The translations under genes and the position numbers were made by a program. The notes beneath the pieces were generated by a model, which was given only the letters and a program-made list of their open reading frames with translations, had not been told where the DNA came from and did no database searches. Below are positions 36,236 through 48,700 of a stretch of DNA of 51,908 nt, piece by piece. Position 1 is the first letter of the stretch; every line of letters begins with the position of its first letter. Source of the stretch: Chiloscyllium plagiosum (lineage: Eukaryota); the NCBI RefSeq assembly GCF_004010195.1, contig NC_057718.1, positions 30,572,045 to 30,623,952 on the forward strand, in the 5' to 3' direction.

Positions 36236-38454
36236 CCACCATGGTCAGCTGAGTGTAAAAGATTCCTTGGCTCTATCCAAACAGCTATTTTTTTCTGTTG
36301 TCCTGCCCAACATTCACCTCTAAACCAAATTTTAAAAAAAGAATCTGCTTATTCCTTTGCTTCATGAGAAATTCTGCTGTGGAGGTATTGGCTGATCTAA
36401 ACAACAACAACTTTGAACTCCAAAAGTACTCAGTGGTTACAGAATCATAGTCATACAACATGGAAACACACCCTTCGGTCCAACTTGGCCGTGCCGACTA
36501 GGCATCCCAATCTTACCTAGACCCATCTATCAATTTGTCTACAATGATCGTTAATGAAGATACTGTTGTCATAGATTTCAGTCCTAATACCTCTAATGGT
36601 GTATTTACCTAGCAACTTGCTAGCGATAACAGTTCCATTTCGACAGCAGTGTTGTAATAAGTGAAGAAGTGCAGTGCCCTCCAGAGACACTCAACTAGAG
36701 TACGTCCTGGTTCATCAGATGCAAGACTCAATCTTGTTTTGTGTTGTAGAATCCCTGTAACAAGTCTGATGAGATCAGCTAATACAACAGCGTGGCAGCA
36801 TTGTGGTTGTGGCGATGGGGTAGCTACACAGGTGATAAAATCAAATCCCACCTTCGTAATTTGTGTAACCGAATTCAGTAAATGTGGCACCAGAAGAAAG
36901 CAAACACAAAACCCGCTGGATCACTGTAAAAATCTAAATACTTCATTCATGATCTGCCGGAAATGATCTGCCACATTTTATTCCAACCTTCATATGACTG
37001 CATACTATTCAGCTATGTATCTACCTTGAAGTGTCAAGTATAGAATCTATTTGCTTAGATTTAAGAAACAAAAGAAGTGCCGTTACACCACTGGGTGTTC
37101 TCTAAAGCTTTCCCACTAGTTGGTAGTTTTTCAAGGGAAATAAGAGGTACAAGAACTAAAGAGCATTGATAGCGCAGGAATTTACTAAATCTAATATTAA
37201 CTGGGATCATCTGAGAAAGAGCAGATTCTGCAATAGGCTCGAGATTTTTTTTTGACCAGTAACATTTTGAGCCTAAAGAAGGCAGAACTGCTGATCTGGT
37301 TCTGGGAAATATGATGGAGTAAATGGATCAAGTGAATAGGGGAACATATAGGGCTTCGGAAATCAGATATTTTTTCTCATACCCTGTTCAGGGATGTTAT
37401 TACACACCTCTTGAGTATGTAGAACTTGAATCAAGGCCATTTGGCCCTGAGGCAGGGATACTACCACTGCACCACAAGAGCCCTTTGGGGACAGGGATTA
37501 ATGTCGCTGATTTAGAGTAAGAGCATTTCGTTAGCAGAGGCCCAATTTCAGTAGGGTGACAATTATTCCAATTTACCCAAGCTTAATACTGTATAATCAT
37601 TGACAGGTAAATCCAAAGATGAATAACGGGCTGCTTTTCAAGAAGATTTTTTTTCATTCATTTTCAGAATGTGGGCTTTACTGGCTGTGCTAGCATTTAT
37701 TGTCGATCCCTAATGCTTGAGTGGCTGTACTAAAAATCAGATATTTACAATTGATAATGGTTACATGGTTGTCATTAGACCAACTTTTAATTCCAGATTT
37801 TGTTTATTGAATTTAGTTGAAACGTATATTTTGACCTATGGAGGATATAATGAAACCCAATAAATTAGTATCGAAGGGCAAAATGTGATGGCACAGAATT
37901 GGAGGGCCAAAGGGCCTGAACCTGTGCTATATTGTTCTTTGTTAATAATAATTTTCAATTCCTTCTTTCAATGTATTTTTTTTAACTTGCCTTCGTTCAA
38001 TTGTGCACTCACCTGTGTAGAGTCACCTACTCATCTTGCTCAGAGGTATGCTATATTTCCACAGATGCTAGCAGGCTCTAGGAAAAGTAAATGTTCCCTT
38101 GCTGAAGTAGTTTATAGGTTCCTAACATTAATTACATTATAAAAGGAAATGGCGTGTTTAAGAAAAGTACTATAGTAATCATTGGTATCTTTAATGTGGA
38201 TTAGACAAATCAGATTGACAAAGGTAGCCTGGAAAGTATATTGATTATAATTCCTTAGTGAAATACATTCTGGATTTAACCAATGATTAGGCTATTCTAG
38301 ACTTGGTAAATGACCAATAAGACAAGGTTGATCAATAACCTCATGATAAAGGAGCCTTTCGGTAACGGTGATCATAACATAGCAGAATTACACTTTCATT
38401 TTGAAGGGCAAAGTGTGGTTTAAGAGTTGTGCTTTTAAAAAGGTAACCATGAGG

Positions 38455-38588
38455 GCATTCCTGATGAAGGGATTACGCCTGAAACATCGATTCTCCTGTT
38501 GCTTGGATGTGCCTGACCGGCTGTGCTTTTCTAGCACTACACTATCAACTCTGATCTCCAGCATCTGCAATCCTCACTTTCTCCTCCT
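38455..38588 (+). mobile_element. Penelope-like terminal fragment with CTGATGA...GAAA core
   Basis: cCTGATGAagggattacgcctGAAAcatcgattctcctg...ctccagcatctgcaatcctcactttctcct. Confidence 0.75.
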
Positions 38589-38812
38589 AATTGAGTAGAC
38601 AACACAGAGGACATAGTGTTAGTAGTGTTGGGGTTTTGGGTATGTGGCAATTTTTGAGAGAGGATATTGTCAGTAATGGTGAGAGTGGTCGAGCCTGAAC
38701 TTTGGTGGGAAGTGGATAATGTACTGAGAGATTGAATGTGAGGTATTGGAGAGAAGTTGGTAGTTCTTACACAGGCAAAGTGGAGAAGGTCATTGACTTA
38801 CTTCCAACATTG

Positions 38813-38985
38813 TGTCAGGCAGCATCCGAGGAGCAAGAGAATTGACGTTCGGGCATAAACCCTTCATCAGGAATTCATTCTGAAACATCGGTTTTCCTGT
38901 TCCTTGGATACTGCCTGACCTGTGTGCTATTCTTGTGCCACACGTTTCAACTCTGCTCTCCAGCATCGGCAGTCCTCACTTTCTC
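38813..38985. mobile_element. Penelope-like fold-back insertion with 16-bp TSD
   Basis: Flanks cttacttccaacattg (38797-38812) and cttacttctaacattg (38986-39001); internal inverted repeat. Confidence 0.82.
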
Positions 38986-39597
38986 CTTACTTCTAACATT
39001 GCTGTGCATTCCTCCAGATAGCACTGAAATGGGTGGCAACCTCGGATCAGGTTGCAATGTCTGGAGTCATGATCTCATTTACTAGTTCTTGGGGAAAGGG
39101 ATTTCCCACTTCTGTATCACCCTGTCCACCAGGACCTTTAAATCCCTGCCCTGAAAATGAGACATGAATTTCCCTTGATCTGGCAGGTTTAGGGTAATTG
39201 TCAGGAATCATGTTAGCTCCAGATTAACAGTGATTGACTAGGTTCACAATGTTGCCAGCACCAGTCCATTCTTGGATATCCTCGCAGTGGCAAATTGTTC
39301 CAGGTTACGGCGAGTGGTAGAATGGGATGAAAATGACACCGCAATGGTAGGGCAAGTATTAATGAATTATGTTTGGGACAAGATGTTGAGAACATTTTCT
39401 AGGCCTCACTGAGAGAAATCCTTCATGAGACTCAACAAAACTGATACTTAGTCCAAAAAAGAAAAGATTCCGGCTTTAATAACTTGCAGCAACGTTTTGC
39501 TTTCTTGAGATAGAGAGACTCTTTGAGAAGGATGCATCATCCATAGTTAAATAAATAAGTTAAGGATTATATCAAATTGAAAGAAACACTGCACAGT

Positions 39598-39928
39598 GGG
39601 TGGCACGGTGGCACAGTGGTTAGCACTGCTGCCTCACAGCGCCAGAGACCCGGGTTCAATTCCCGCCTCAGGCGACTGTTTGGAGTTCCCACGTTCTCCC
39701 CGTGTCTGCGTGGGTTTCCTCCGGGTGCTCCGGTTTCCTCCCACAGTCCAAAAATGTGCAGGTCAGGTGAATTGGCCATGCTAAATTGCCCGTAGTGTTA
39801 GGTAAGGGGTAAATGTAGGGGTATGGGTGGGTTGCGCTTCGGCGGGGCGGTGTGGACTTGTTGGGCTGAAGGACCTGTTTCCACACTGTAAGTAATCTAA
39901 TCTAATCTAATCTAATCTAATCTAATCT
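39598..39928 (+). mobile_element. Well-preserved HE1-type V-SINE with (AATCT)n tail
   Basis: A box TGGCACAGTGG (39609-39619), B box GGTTCAATTCCC (39653-39664), V-domain, pentamer tail at 39894-39928. Confidence 0.92.
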
Positions 39929-39939
39929 GCAGATCTGCA

Positions 39940-41930
39940 AAGAATGATAAAAGACAATAAAGATGGAGATAGTAGAGTATGACAGAAAGCTGGCTAGTAA
40001 TATAAAACATCTAATATGAGGTTCCACAAGTATTTTTACAGGAGAAAAATAACAAAACTAAGTTTTGATGACGTGTCATTGGACTGAAAATGTTAACTTT
40101 GGTTTTCTCGCCATAGATGCTGTCAGTCCTGCTGAGTTTCTCCAGCACTTTCTCTTTTTATTCTATAGCCTTTTAGACTAGCACCTGAAATAAGGAAATT
40201 TCCACAATCGGTTATTGTGGAGCTTGTAGCAGGACACTTAGAAAATCATAATTTGATCAGGCAGATTCAACATGGCTTTTTTAAAGGGGCATTGTGTTTA
40301 ACTAATTTGTTAGTGTCTTTTTGAGCAAGTGCCAACAGTGGACAAAGGAAAACCTGTAGAAGTGGTGAACTTGGATTTCCAAAAGGCGTTTGATAGGATG
40401 CTGCATCAAAGGTTACTACTCAAGAGCCCACGGTATATGGTGTAATATGTGAGCCTGGATACAAGATTCATTATCCAATAGGAAGCAGAAAGTAGGAATT
40501 AATGCGTCTTTTTTCGTTAGCATGCTGTAACTAGTGGAGGGTCTCAGTGATTGTTGTTCATGCTCAATTATTTCCAGTGATGTGGATGAAGGGATCAGAT
40601 ATCTTGTAGCTCAAAGTCAATGGTACAAAGAGATCTGGGCATTCTTGTACATGAATCACAAAATGTTAGATTGCAGATAGAGCAAGTAGCTGAAAATGTG
40701 TTGCTGGAAAAGCGCAGCAGTCAGGCAGCATCCAAGGAACAGGAGAATCGACGTTTCGGGCATAAGCCCTTCTTCAGGAACGGCTTATGCCCGAAACGTC
40801 GATTCTCCTGTTCCTTGGATGCTGCCTGACCTGCTGCGCTTTTCCAGCAACACATTTTCAGCTCTGATCTCCAGCATCTGCAGACCTCACTTTCTCCTCC
40901 AGATAGAGCAAGTAGTTAAGAAAGCAAATGGAATGTTGGTGTGTTTTGCAAGGGGAATGGAATATAAAAGTAGGGATGTTTTACTGCAGCTGTGAGATAA
41001 CCTCAGCAATACTTTGTACAGTTTTGGTGGTCTTATTTGTTAATGATATTGGGAAGAATTTGGGAAGAAGTCCAAAAGCAAGATAATTTCCAGGAGGGAA
41101 GAAAAACCTCAACGAGCGAACTAAGGCTAGAAACCCTGCTGAATATTCTGGCAATCAGGTAGCGAATTGGCCTGACTGGAAATGCTGACCAATTAAATAC
41201 AAGCAGTTCCAGAACCCAGCAATGTCATGGTGGCTGCTGCTGGGAAAATACACTCCAAAATCTGCCAACAGAAAAAGAGACTTTCCTGTCCCACTGGAGC
41301 TGAAGTCATTGCAGCCTCAGTGACAAACTTTAATTGACCAATTCAGGGCCTAAATTTAGGGTGAGGCTGTAAAGTTGAACTTGGGATTTTCCACCCAGAA
41401 CTTAATTTGGACAAGGGATGATTAAGTGGAAGAATTCTGGTCCATCACCATCAGTTGACGTTCAGTTGCTAATTTTAGACCTGTTGCATACGGACCCAAA
41501 AATTGTATTTGAAGGAGTTTAGCAATGGTTCACTTGACGTATCCCTGGGATGAATGGCTTATCTTGTAAATAAACATTGAGCAGGTTGGACATATACTCA
41601 ATGGAATTTAGAAAAATGAAAGGTGATCTTATTGAAACATATAAGCTCTGTGGACACTTGATAGGTGCATATGGGGAGGATGTTTTCTCTTGTACAGGAA
41701 ACTGGAACCAGGGGATACAATTCAAGAATAAGAGGTTTTCCTTTTAAAATGGATGAGGAGAATTTTTACTGAAGTTTGTGAAATTCTGTACTCCAGAGAG
41801 CAATGGAAACTGGGTCACTGAAAATATTCATTGCTGTGTTAGATAGCCCTTGACTATCAAAACTCTATGAGAGCAGACAGAAATATGGAGGAGAGGCCAT
41901 AAGATCACCATGGCCTTATTGATATTCAGT
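39940..41930 (+). mobile_element. Degraded CR1 ORF2 and 3' end, interrupted several times
   Basis: caacatggctttttt..ttggatttccaaaaggcgtttga; QRDLGILVHESQNV..VKKANGML..GMEYKSRDVLLQL; 3' part at about 41520-41930. Confidence 0.75.
40690..40899. mobile_element. Penelope-like fold-back insertion (about 81-bp near-perfect inverted repeat) with exact 16-bp TSD
   Basis: TSD cagatagagcaagtag at 40674-40689 and 40900-40915; arms 40688-40768 and 40782-40863. Confidence 0.9.
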
Positions 41931-44539
41931 GACTGTAGTCTTGTGGGTAGCATTGCAGCCAGGAACTGGTGCTATTCTTACCCAACATCAATCACCCACT
42001 CGTTCCAGCAGGGTCACGAACCAGTGATCAGATACAGAAGCCAACATGGCAAGGGGCAGAAACTGCAACTTGGAATCCAAATGCCAATCTTTTTACCCAC
42101 TTGCCATTACCTTTTGCAATTTGTAAGAAAGGAAAATTGAAAAGCTAAATTACGAACATTAATTATAAGTAATAACTATGCTAGTTTTTCTGTTTAGCTT
42201 GTATAAAATTATTGTTGATCCTTGGCCCATTGATTTTATATCCTAACCAGTTCAACACTAAAAAGCCGGAGGGGACTCTTTTAAAAAAAAGAAAAATCTT
42301 GGCTACTGCTGCAGAATCTCTGTCCATTATAATTTCCTCAGCTTTTTCCACCTTATTAATGCACTGTAGGGCTAATCGTTACGCATTTTGTCAGTTTAAG
42401 CAATGAGACGGATTAAATATGTAATGTACAAGTGGTAAAAAATAAGAGAAGGTGCACTATTTAGAAGAAGCCTCTTTTTATACACAATCTAATTACATTA
42501 TGTATATGCACTTCAACTCCATAAATGTGGAGAGAGATTTGGCTGCATATATAACATCTTTTCCATCGACACTCCTGTTTGTTAATAAGGTCGCCTCACA
42601 CCTTCTCAATGCAAAGCACTGCTTGATCCTTAGTAACACCTCTGAAGAAATACTGGCAACTGCCCAAGAGCGTTTAAATGGAAATAGTAAGATATTTTTG
42701 AACAGCCTTCTGTGGAAATACACTTGGATTTACCGCACTATCTGCTAGCACTAAAGAGATGGTTTATGGAGTCAGAAGATAATGTTTGGTTTCAAATCTG
42801 ATAACAGGCTTTTTAACATTTTTGCTCCAAGTCAGGGTTTTCCAGTTTGTGCAAGATAGTTAATCTCACTCAGGGTGATAGTGGGAATACGGCAATTAGT
42901 CTGTGAACGGGGAGGATGAAACGGCCAGAGAGGGTATATGAATGGGGAGGTTTGACCTTTGCTTTGATACATTCCTCTCTTCCCAACAGCAGTAACATTT
43001 TATTATACTGCATGTCTAGCCTTACACATGGAAAACAACCCCTTAGTTAAAACATATGAAAACTGCATATGGGACCATATCTCAAAGGAAATGAATGCCA
43101 TCCAGAGGAGAGCAAAGAAAATTAACTGTTTCCTCCCTTTTAACCTCAGATGCATCCATTCCACTTCTCCACTTCCTAGCAGAAATGAAGTATGTTACCA
43201 TTCGAGTTTATCTGGCATTGAGAGCTAAATGATTTGAAATTTCATAAACTAGGTATTAGCACCTCAATTCACTTTTCTGTTCCCTATAAGCTTCCAGGAC
43301 TTCCACCTCAGGCTAGAGACATAGGTAGAGAACTTGAATTAAGTTGACCTTTCATGACTTTTTGATACTTCTGTTGAATCCTCTGTCAACCTGACCCTGG
43401 GACAAGAATGCCCCAGTTATGGCATTCTGTCCAATTAATTGAACTCCCTCATTCTCCTGGATCCTTTCTGCTAAAGGCCTTCACGTTCTTCTTGAAGTGT
43501 TCAATGGACACAACACTAGTTGTGGCTGAAGCAGTATGTTACAAAGATTCATCATAACTTCCTTGCTCTTATACTCTATGTCTCTGTTCATAAAATACAG
43601 GATCACCATTCCATGAGCCTCTGGATGTCCTCTTGGAAGTTCATTGCCCTTTTCCTCATAGTTGACTACACTTAAAAGTCTTGTGTATTCTGCAAATTCT
43701 GGGATTGTGCCCTATGCAAACAATTCCAAGTTACTTTTATATCATAGAAAGCAATGGCTGTAATTCTAACCTATGAGGCGTATTACTTTAAATCTTCCTC
43801 CAAGGTGAAAAATATCTCTTCATAACTAATCTCTAATTCACATTATTTAGTCAATATTATATCTGTTTCGACACTGTCCCTTTTATTCCATGGGTTTCAA
43901 CTTTGCTAGCAACCAATAATGTGCATCTCCAAAGCATTTCTCTCCTCTCTTCCTACTTTTCTTCCGACTTCTGCTGGAAACATTAGCCAAGATATGTGTT
44001 AAAAAAAATCTGAAGCCTTTATTACTTTGAGGTTTAATTTCATTTAATTCTCTACTTCTGACGTCTCCACCATCGAAAAACTACCTCAAGTTCAGATTTT
44101 TTTTAACACATATCTTTACTTCAAGACTACAAACTCATCATAAGTCCTTACCTGACCTGACCCCATAGTGAAATGACTTCTAAAATCCTCTTCTTGCTTT
44201 CGTCCCACTGTGCTCTTACCCTATCCTATCTGTGAAATCTACTCTAATCCTCCACTTATGCTTTCACTCACTGATACTGGATTTTTTTTGTACTTCACTC
44301 AGTTCTTCTTTCAGCATGGCTAATCATAAAAGGCACGTTTTTCCTGTACTTCCACCTTGCATCACTTGCCAAAACATCCTTAATATATTATCTTTATGCT
44401 ATCTTCCCATCATTCTTTCTTTCCATGCTTCTTTTGTTCAATATCCAATACTTGTTTTGCACTGTGTGGTATTTCTGAATGAGGTGTGCAGAGAAACCTG
44501 TCACAAGTCTTTAATTGTGCTTCATTTCTAACATTTCAA

Positions 44540-45791
44540 AATGTTGATACCTGGGATTTCGAGATTGTGGCCATTTCAGAGACATGGCTAGAGGAGGGAC
44601 AGGAATGGTTGTTGCAAATTTCAGGATTTAGATGTTTCAGTAAGAACAGAGAAGATTGTAAAAGGAGGGGGATGTGGCATTGTTAATCAAGGGTAGTATT
44701 TTGGCAGCTAAGAGAACATTTGAGGACTCATCCACTGAGGTAGTTTGGGCTGAGGTTAGAAACAGGAAAGGAGAGGTCACCCTTTTGGGAAAGGATAGCA
44801 AAAGATGATTCTCGATAGGAGCGAGAGTAACAGGGTAGTTGTTATGGGGGTCTTTAACTTCCCCAATATTGACTATGAATACTATAGTTCAAGTAGTTTA
44901 GATGGGTCAATTTTTGTTCAATGTGTGCAGGAGGGTTTTCTGACACTGTACGAAGGTAGGCCAACAAGGGGTGATGCCATATTGGATTTGGTACTGGGGG
45001 AATGAACCCAGCCAGATGGTAGATTTGGAGGTACGTGAGCACTTTGGCGATAGTGACCACAATTCTGTTATGTTTACAATAGCAATGGACAGGGAGAGGT
45101 TTATACCGCAGGGAAAGGGGAATAACTGGGGGAAAGGCAATTATTATGCGATTAGGCAAGATTAGAATGCGTAGGAAGGGGATGGAACTGCAGGGGATGG
45201 ACACACTTGAAATATAGAGCTTATTCAAGGAACAGTTACTGCGGGTCCTTGATAAGTATATACCTATCAGGCAGGGAGGTAGTTGTCGAGAGAGAGAGCC
45301 ATGGTTTACTAAAGAAGTTGAAGCTCTTGTCAAGAGGAAGAAGAAGGTTGATGTGAGGATGAGGCGTGAAGGCTCAGTTAGAGGGATTGAGAGTTATAAG
45401 TTAGCCAGAAAAGATCTAAAGAGAGGGCTAAGAAGAGCCAGGAGGGGGCATTAGAAGTTGTTGGCGGATAGGATGAAGGAAACCCCTAAGGCCTTCTATA
45501 GGTATATCAGGAGTAAAAAAATGACTAGAGTAAGATTAGGGCCAATCAAAGTTAGTGGTGTGAAAATGTGTGTGGAATCTGAGGACATGGGGAAGCGCTT
45601 AATGAATACTATTTGTTAGTATTCACATTGGCAAAAGGCAATGTTAGTGAGAATACGGAGATACAGGTACTAGATTAGTGGTTGACAAAGAAGAGGTTTT
45701 GGCAGTTTTAGAAAATCTGAAAATAGATAAGACCCATGGAGCAGATGGGATTTATCCTCGGATTCTCTGGGAAGCCAGGGAGGAGATTGCA
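44540..45791 (+). mobile_element. CR1 ORF2 5' part (APE endonuclease and linker); host of a nested element
   Basis: DTWDFEIVAISETWLEEGQEW; VVVMGVFNFPNID; EHFGDSDHNSV; ends ..gggaagccagggaggagattgcagag. Confidence 0.92.
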
Positions 45792-48700
45792 GAGTCATAG
45801 AGATGTACAGCATGGAAAGAGACCCTTCGGTCCAACACGTCCATGCCGACCAGATATCCCAACCCAATCTAGACCAACTGCCAGCACCCAGCACATATCC
45901 CTCCAAACACTTCCTATTCATATACCCATCCAACTGCCTCTTAAATGTTACAATTGTACCAGCCTCCACCACTGCATCTGGCAGCTCATTCCATACACGT
46001 ACCACCTTCTGAGTGAAAAAGTTGCCCCTTAGGTCTCTTTTATAACTTTCCCCTCTCACCCTAAACCTATGCCCTCTAGTTCTGGACTCCCTGACCACAG
46101 GGAAAAGACATTGCCTATTTACCCTATCCATGCCCCTCATAATTTTGTAAACCTCTATAAGGTCACCCCTCAGCCTCCGACGCACCAGGGGAAACAGTCC
46201 CAGTCTGTTCAGCCTCTCCCTAAAGCTCTCATCCTCCAACCCTGGCAACATTCTTGTAAATCTTTTCTGAACCCTTTCAAGTTTCACAAAATCTTTCCGA
46301 TAGGAAGGAGACCAGATTGCATGCAATATTCCAACAGTGGCCGAACCAATGTCCTGTACAGCCGCAACATGACCTCCCAACTCCGGTACTCAGTACTCTG
46401 ACCAATAAAAGAAAGCATATCAAATGCCTTCTTCACTATCCTATCCACCTGCGACTCCACTTTCAAGGAGCTATGAACCTGCATTCCAAGGTCTCTTTGT
46501 TCAGCAACACTCCCTAGGACCTTACCATTAAGTGTATTAGTCCTGCGAAGATTTGCTTTCCCAAAGTGCAGCACCTTGCATTTATCTGCCACTTCTCAGC
46601 CCATTGGCCCATCTGGTCAAGATCCTGTTGTAATCTGAGGTAACCCTCTTTGCTGTCCACTACGCCTCCAATTTTGGTGTCATCTGCAAACTTACTAACT
46701 GCACCTCTTATGCTCGCATCCAAATCATTTATGTAAATGACAAAAAGTAGAGNNNNNNNNNNNNNNNNNNNNNNNNNNNNNNNNNNNNNNNNNNNNNNNN
46801 NNNNNNNNNNNNNNNNNNNNNNNNNNNNNNNNNNNNNNNNNNNNNNNNNNNNNNNNNNNNNNNNNNNNNNNNNNNNNNNNNNNNNNNNNNNNNNNNNNNN
46901 NNNNNNNNNNNNNNNNNNNNNNNNNNNNNNNNNNNNNNNNNNNNNNNNNNNNNNNNNNNNNNNNNNNNNNNNNNNNNNNNNNNNNNNNNNNNNNNNNNNN
47001 NNNNNNNNNNNNNNNNNNNNNNNNNNNNNNNNNNNNNNNNNNNNNNNNNNNNNNNNNNNNNNNNNNNNNNNNNNNNNNNNNNNNNNNNNNNNNNNNNNNN
47101 NNNNNNNNNNNNNNNNNNNNNNNNNNNNNNNNNNNNNNNNNNNNNNNNNNNNNNNNNNNNNNNNNNNNNNNNNNNNNNNNNNNNNNNNNNNNNNNNNNNN
47201 NNNNNNNATGTCACCATCTATTTCCCTACAGTCTATATCTTCTATATTCTTTTCCACAGTAAATACTGATGCAAAATACTCATTTAGTATCTCCCCCATT
47301 TTCTGTGGCTCCACACAAAGGCTGCCTTATTGACCTTTGAGGGGACTTATTCTCTCCCTCGTTACCCTTCTGTCCTTAATGTATTTGTAAAAACTCTTTG
47401 GATTCTCCTTAGTTCTATTTGCCAAAGCTATCTCCTGTCCCTTTTTTGCCCTCCTGATTTCCCTCTTAAGTATACTCCTACTTTCTTTATACTCTTCTAA
47501 GGATTCACTTGATCTATCCTGTCTATACCTGACATATGCTTCCTTCTTTTTCTTAAGCAAACCCTCAATTTCTTTAGTTATCCAGCATTCCCTATACCTA
47601 CCAGCCTTTCCTTTCAACCTAACAGGAATATATTTCTGGATTCTTGTTATCTCATTTCTGAAGGCTTCCCATTTTCCAGCCGTCCCTTTACCTACGAACA
47701 TCTGCCCCCAATCATCTTTCATAAGGTCTTGCCTAATACCGTCAAAATTGGCCCTTCTCCAATTTAGTATTTCAACTTTTAGATCTGGTGTATCCTTTTC
47801 CATCATTATTTTAAATCTAATAGAATTATGGTCGCTGGCCCCAAAGTGCTCTCCTACTGACACCTCAGTCACCTGCCCTGCCTTATTTCCCAAGAGTAAG
47901 TCAAGTTTTGCACCTTCTCTAGTAGGTACATCCACATACTGAATCAGAAAATTGTCTTGTACACACTTCACAAATTCCTCTCCATCTAAACCCTTAACAC
48001 TGTGGCAGTCCCAGTCTATGTTTGGAAAGTTAACATCCCCTACCATAACCACCCTATTATTCTTATAGATCGCTGAGATCTCCTTACATGTTTGTTTCTC
48101 AATTTCCCTCTGACTACTAGGGGGTCTATAATACAATCCCAATAAGGTTATTATCCCTTTCTTATTTCTCAGTTCCACCCAAATAACTTCCCTGGATGTA
48201 TTTCCGGGAATATCCTCCCTCAGCACATCTGTAATGCTATCCCTTATGAAAAATGCCACCCCCCCCCCCCCCACCCTCCTCTCTTGCCTCCCTTTCTATC
48301 CTTCCTGTAGCAGTTGTATCCTGGAACATGAAGCTACCAGTCCTGCCCATCCCTGAGCCATGTTTCTGTAATTGCTATGATATCCCAGTCCCATGTTCCT
48401 AACCATGGCCTGAGTTCATCTTCCTTCCCTGTTAGGCCCCTTACATTGAAATAAATGCAGTTTAATTTATTAGTCCTACCTTGTCCCTGCCTGCCCTGAC
48501 TCTGACTCCCTGGGTCCCACCCTGCCACCTTACTGGTTTAAATCCTCCCAAGCAGTTCTAGCAAATTTTCCTGCCAGTATATTACTCCCCTTCCAATTTA
48601 GGTGCAATCCGTCCTTCTTGTACAGGTCACTTTTACCCCAAAAGAGATTCCCTGCCCTCATTAGCTTGTAACACTGGGAGTAATCAAGATATTACTACCC

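Noticed and set aside
39598..39670. tRNA gene
   Set aside because: The A and B boxes belong to the SINE head, which continues into the V-domain; there is no cloverleaf.
43128..43228. U12-branch-like cccttttaacctcag as the acceptor of the next CAMKMT exon
   Set aside because: The branch motif is imperfect and too close to the AG, and the translation (NASIPLLHFLAEMK) does not resemble CAMKMT.
46514..47333. Long ORFs spanning the N run
   Set aside because: Artefacts of the assembly gap inside CR1 ORF2.
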